DNA of 14,703 nucleotides from an uncultured Erysipelotrichaceae bacterium. GTDB lineage: Bacteria; Bacillota_I; Bacilli_A; Erysipelotrichales; Erysipelotrichaceae. The position numbers and the translations under genes are program-made. Below are positions 14,683-14,703 of this stretch, piece after piece. Under the pieces are notes generated by a model. It saw nothing but the letters and a program-made list of their open reading frames with translations. It was not told where the DNA came from and ran no database searches. The number at the start of each line of letters is the position of its first letter. The stretch's first letter is position 1. The stretch is from the NCBI GenBank assembly GCA_964457525.1, contig CAYWGS010000007.1:14431-29133 (forward strand). The letters are read 5' to 3'.

Positions 14683-14703
14683 TCATTTGTGAAACTATTA
14701 TTT

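Noticed and set aside
1-14703. Mollicutes-type genetic code (TGA read as Trp), given the AT-rich, compact layout
   Set aside because: TGA serves as the stop codon of mutL (11178-11180), miaA (12077-12079) and the ABC ATPase (13508-13510), and all conserved genes read through intact under code 11. The presence of a SEDS cell-wall polymerase also argues against a wall-less lineage.

Overview
This is a compact, AT-rich bacterial chromosomal window. The gene content, strong GGAGG-type ribosome-binding sites and use of TGA as a stop codon suggest a walled low-GC Bacillota, possibly Erysipelotrichia-like; that taxon guess is low confidence. Twelve complete genes are almost all housekeeping. They are fhs, an uncharacterized 317-aa gene, a YjbK-like CYTH gene divergent from NAD kinase, and a convergent SEDS (FtsW/RodA) gene. 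These are followed by a glucose-family PTS EIICB-like membrane protein, a translationally coupled mutS-mutL-miaA-msrA block ending in a clean intrinsic terminator, and an ABC-2 ATPase/permease pair. I see no tRNA or rRNA genes, CRISPR arrays, transposases, integrases or long repeats, and no intergenic gap longer than about 66 nt. I cannot support a multi-gene novel system here. The best candidate for something undescribed is the single orphan gene at 1762..2715. Its N-terminus resembles the PUA-like 'FW(Q/R)PS' module found at the front of HNH-type modification-dependent restriction enzymes, but its C-terminal half has no motif I recognise. Secondary observations follow. The EIICB-like protein has lost both hallmark catalytic motifs (EIIB Cys to Ser; EIIC GITE to GTLL). 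Two convergent gene pairs overlap at their 3' ends, with terminator-like hairpins embedded in the opposing coding sequence. A 14-16 nt extended -10-like motif is shared by the two divergent intergenic regions that drive nadK and the SEDS gene.
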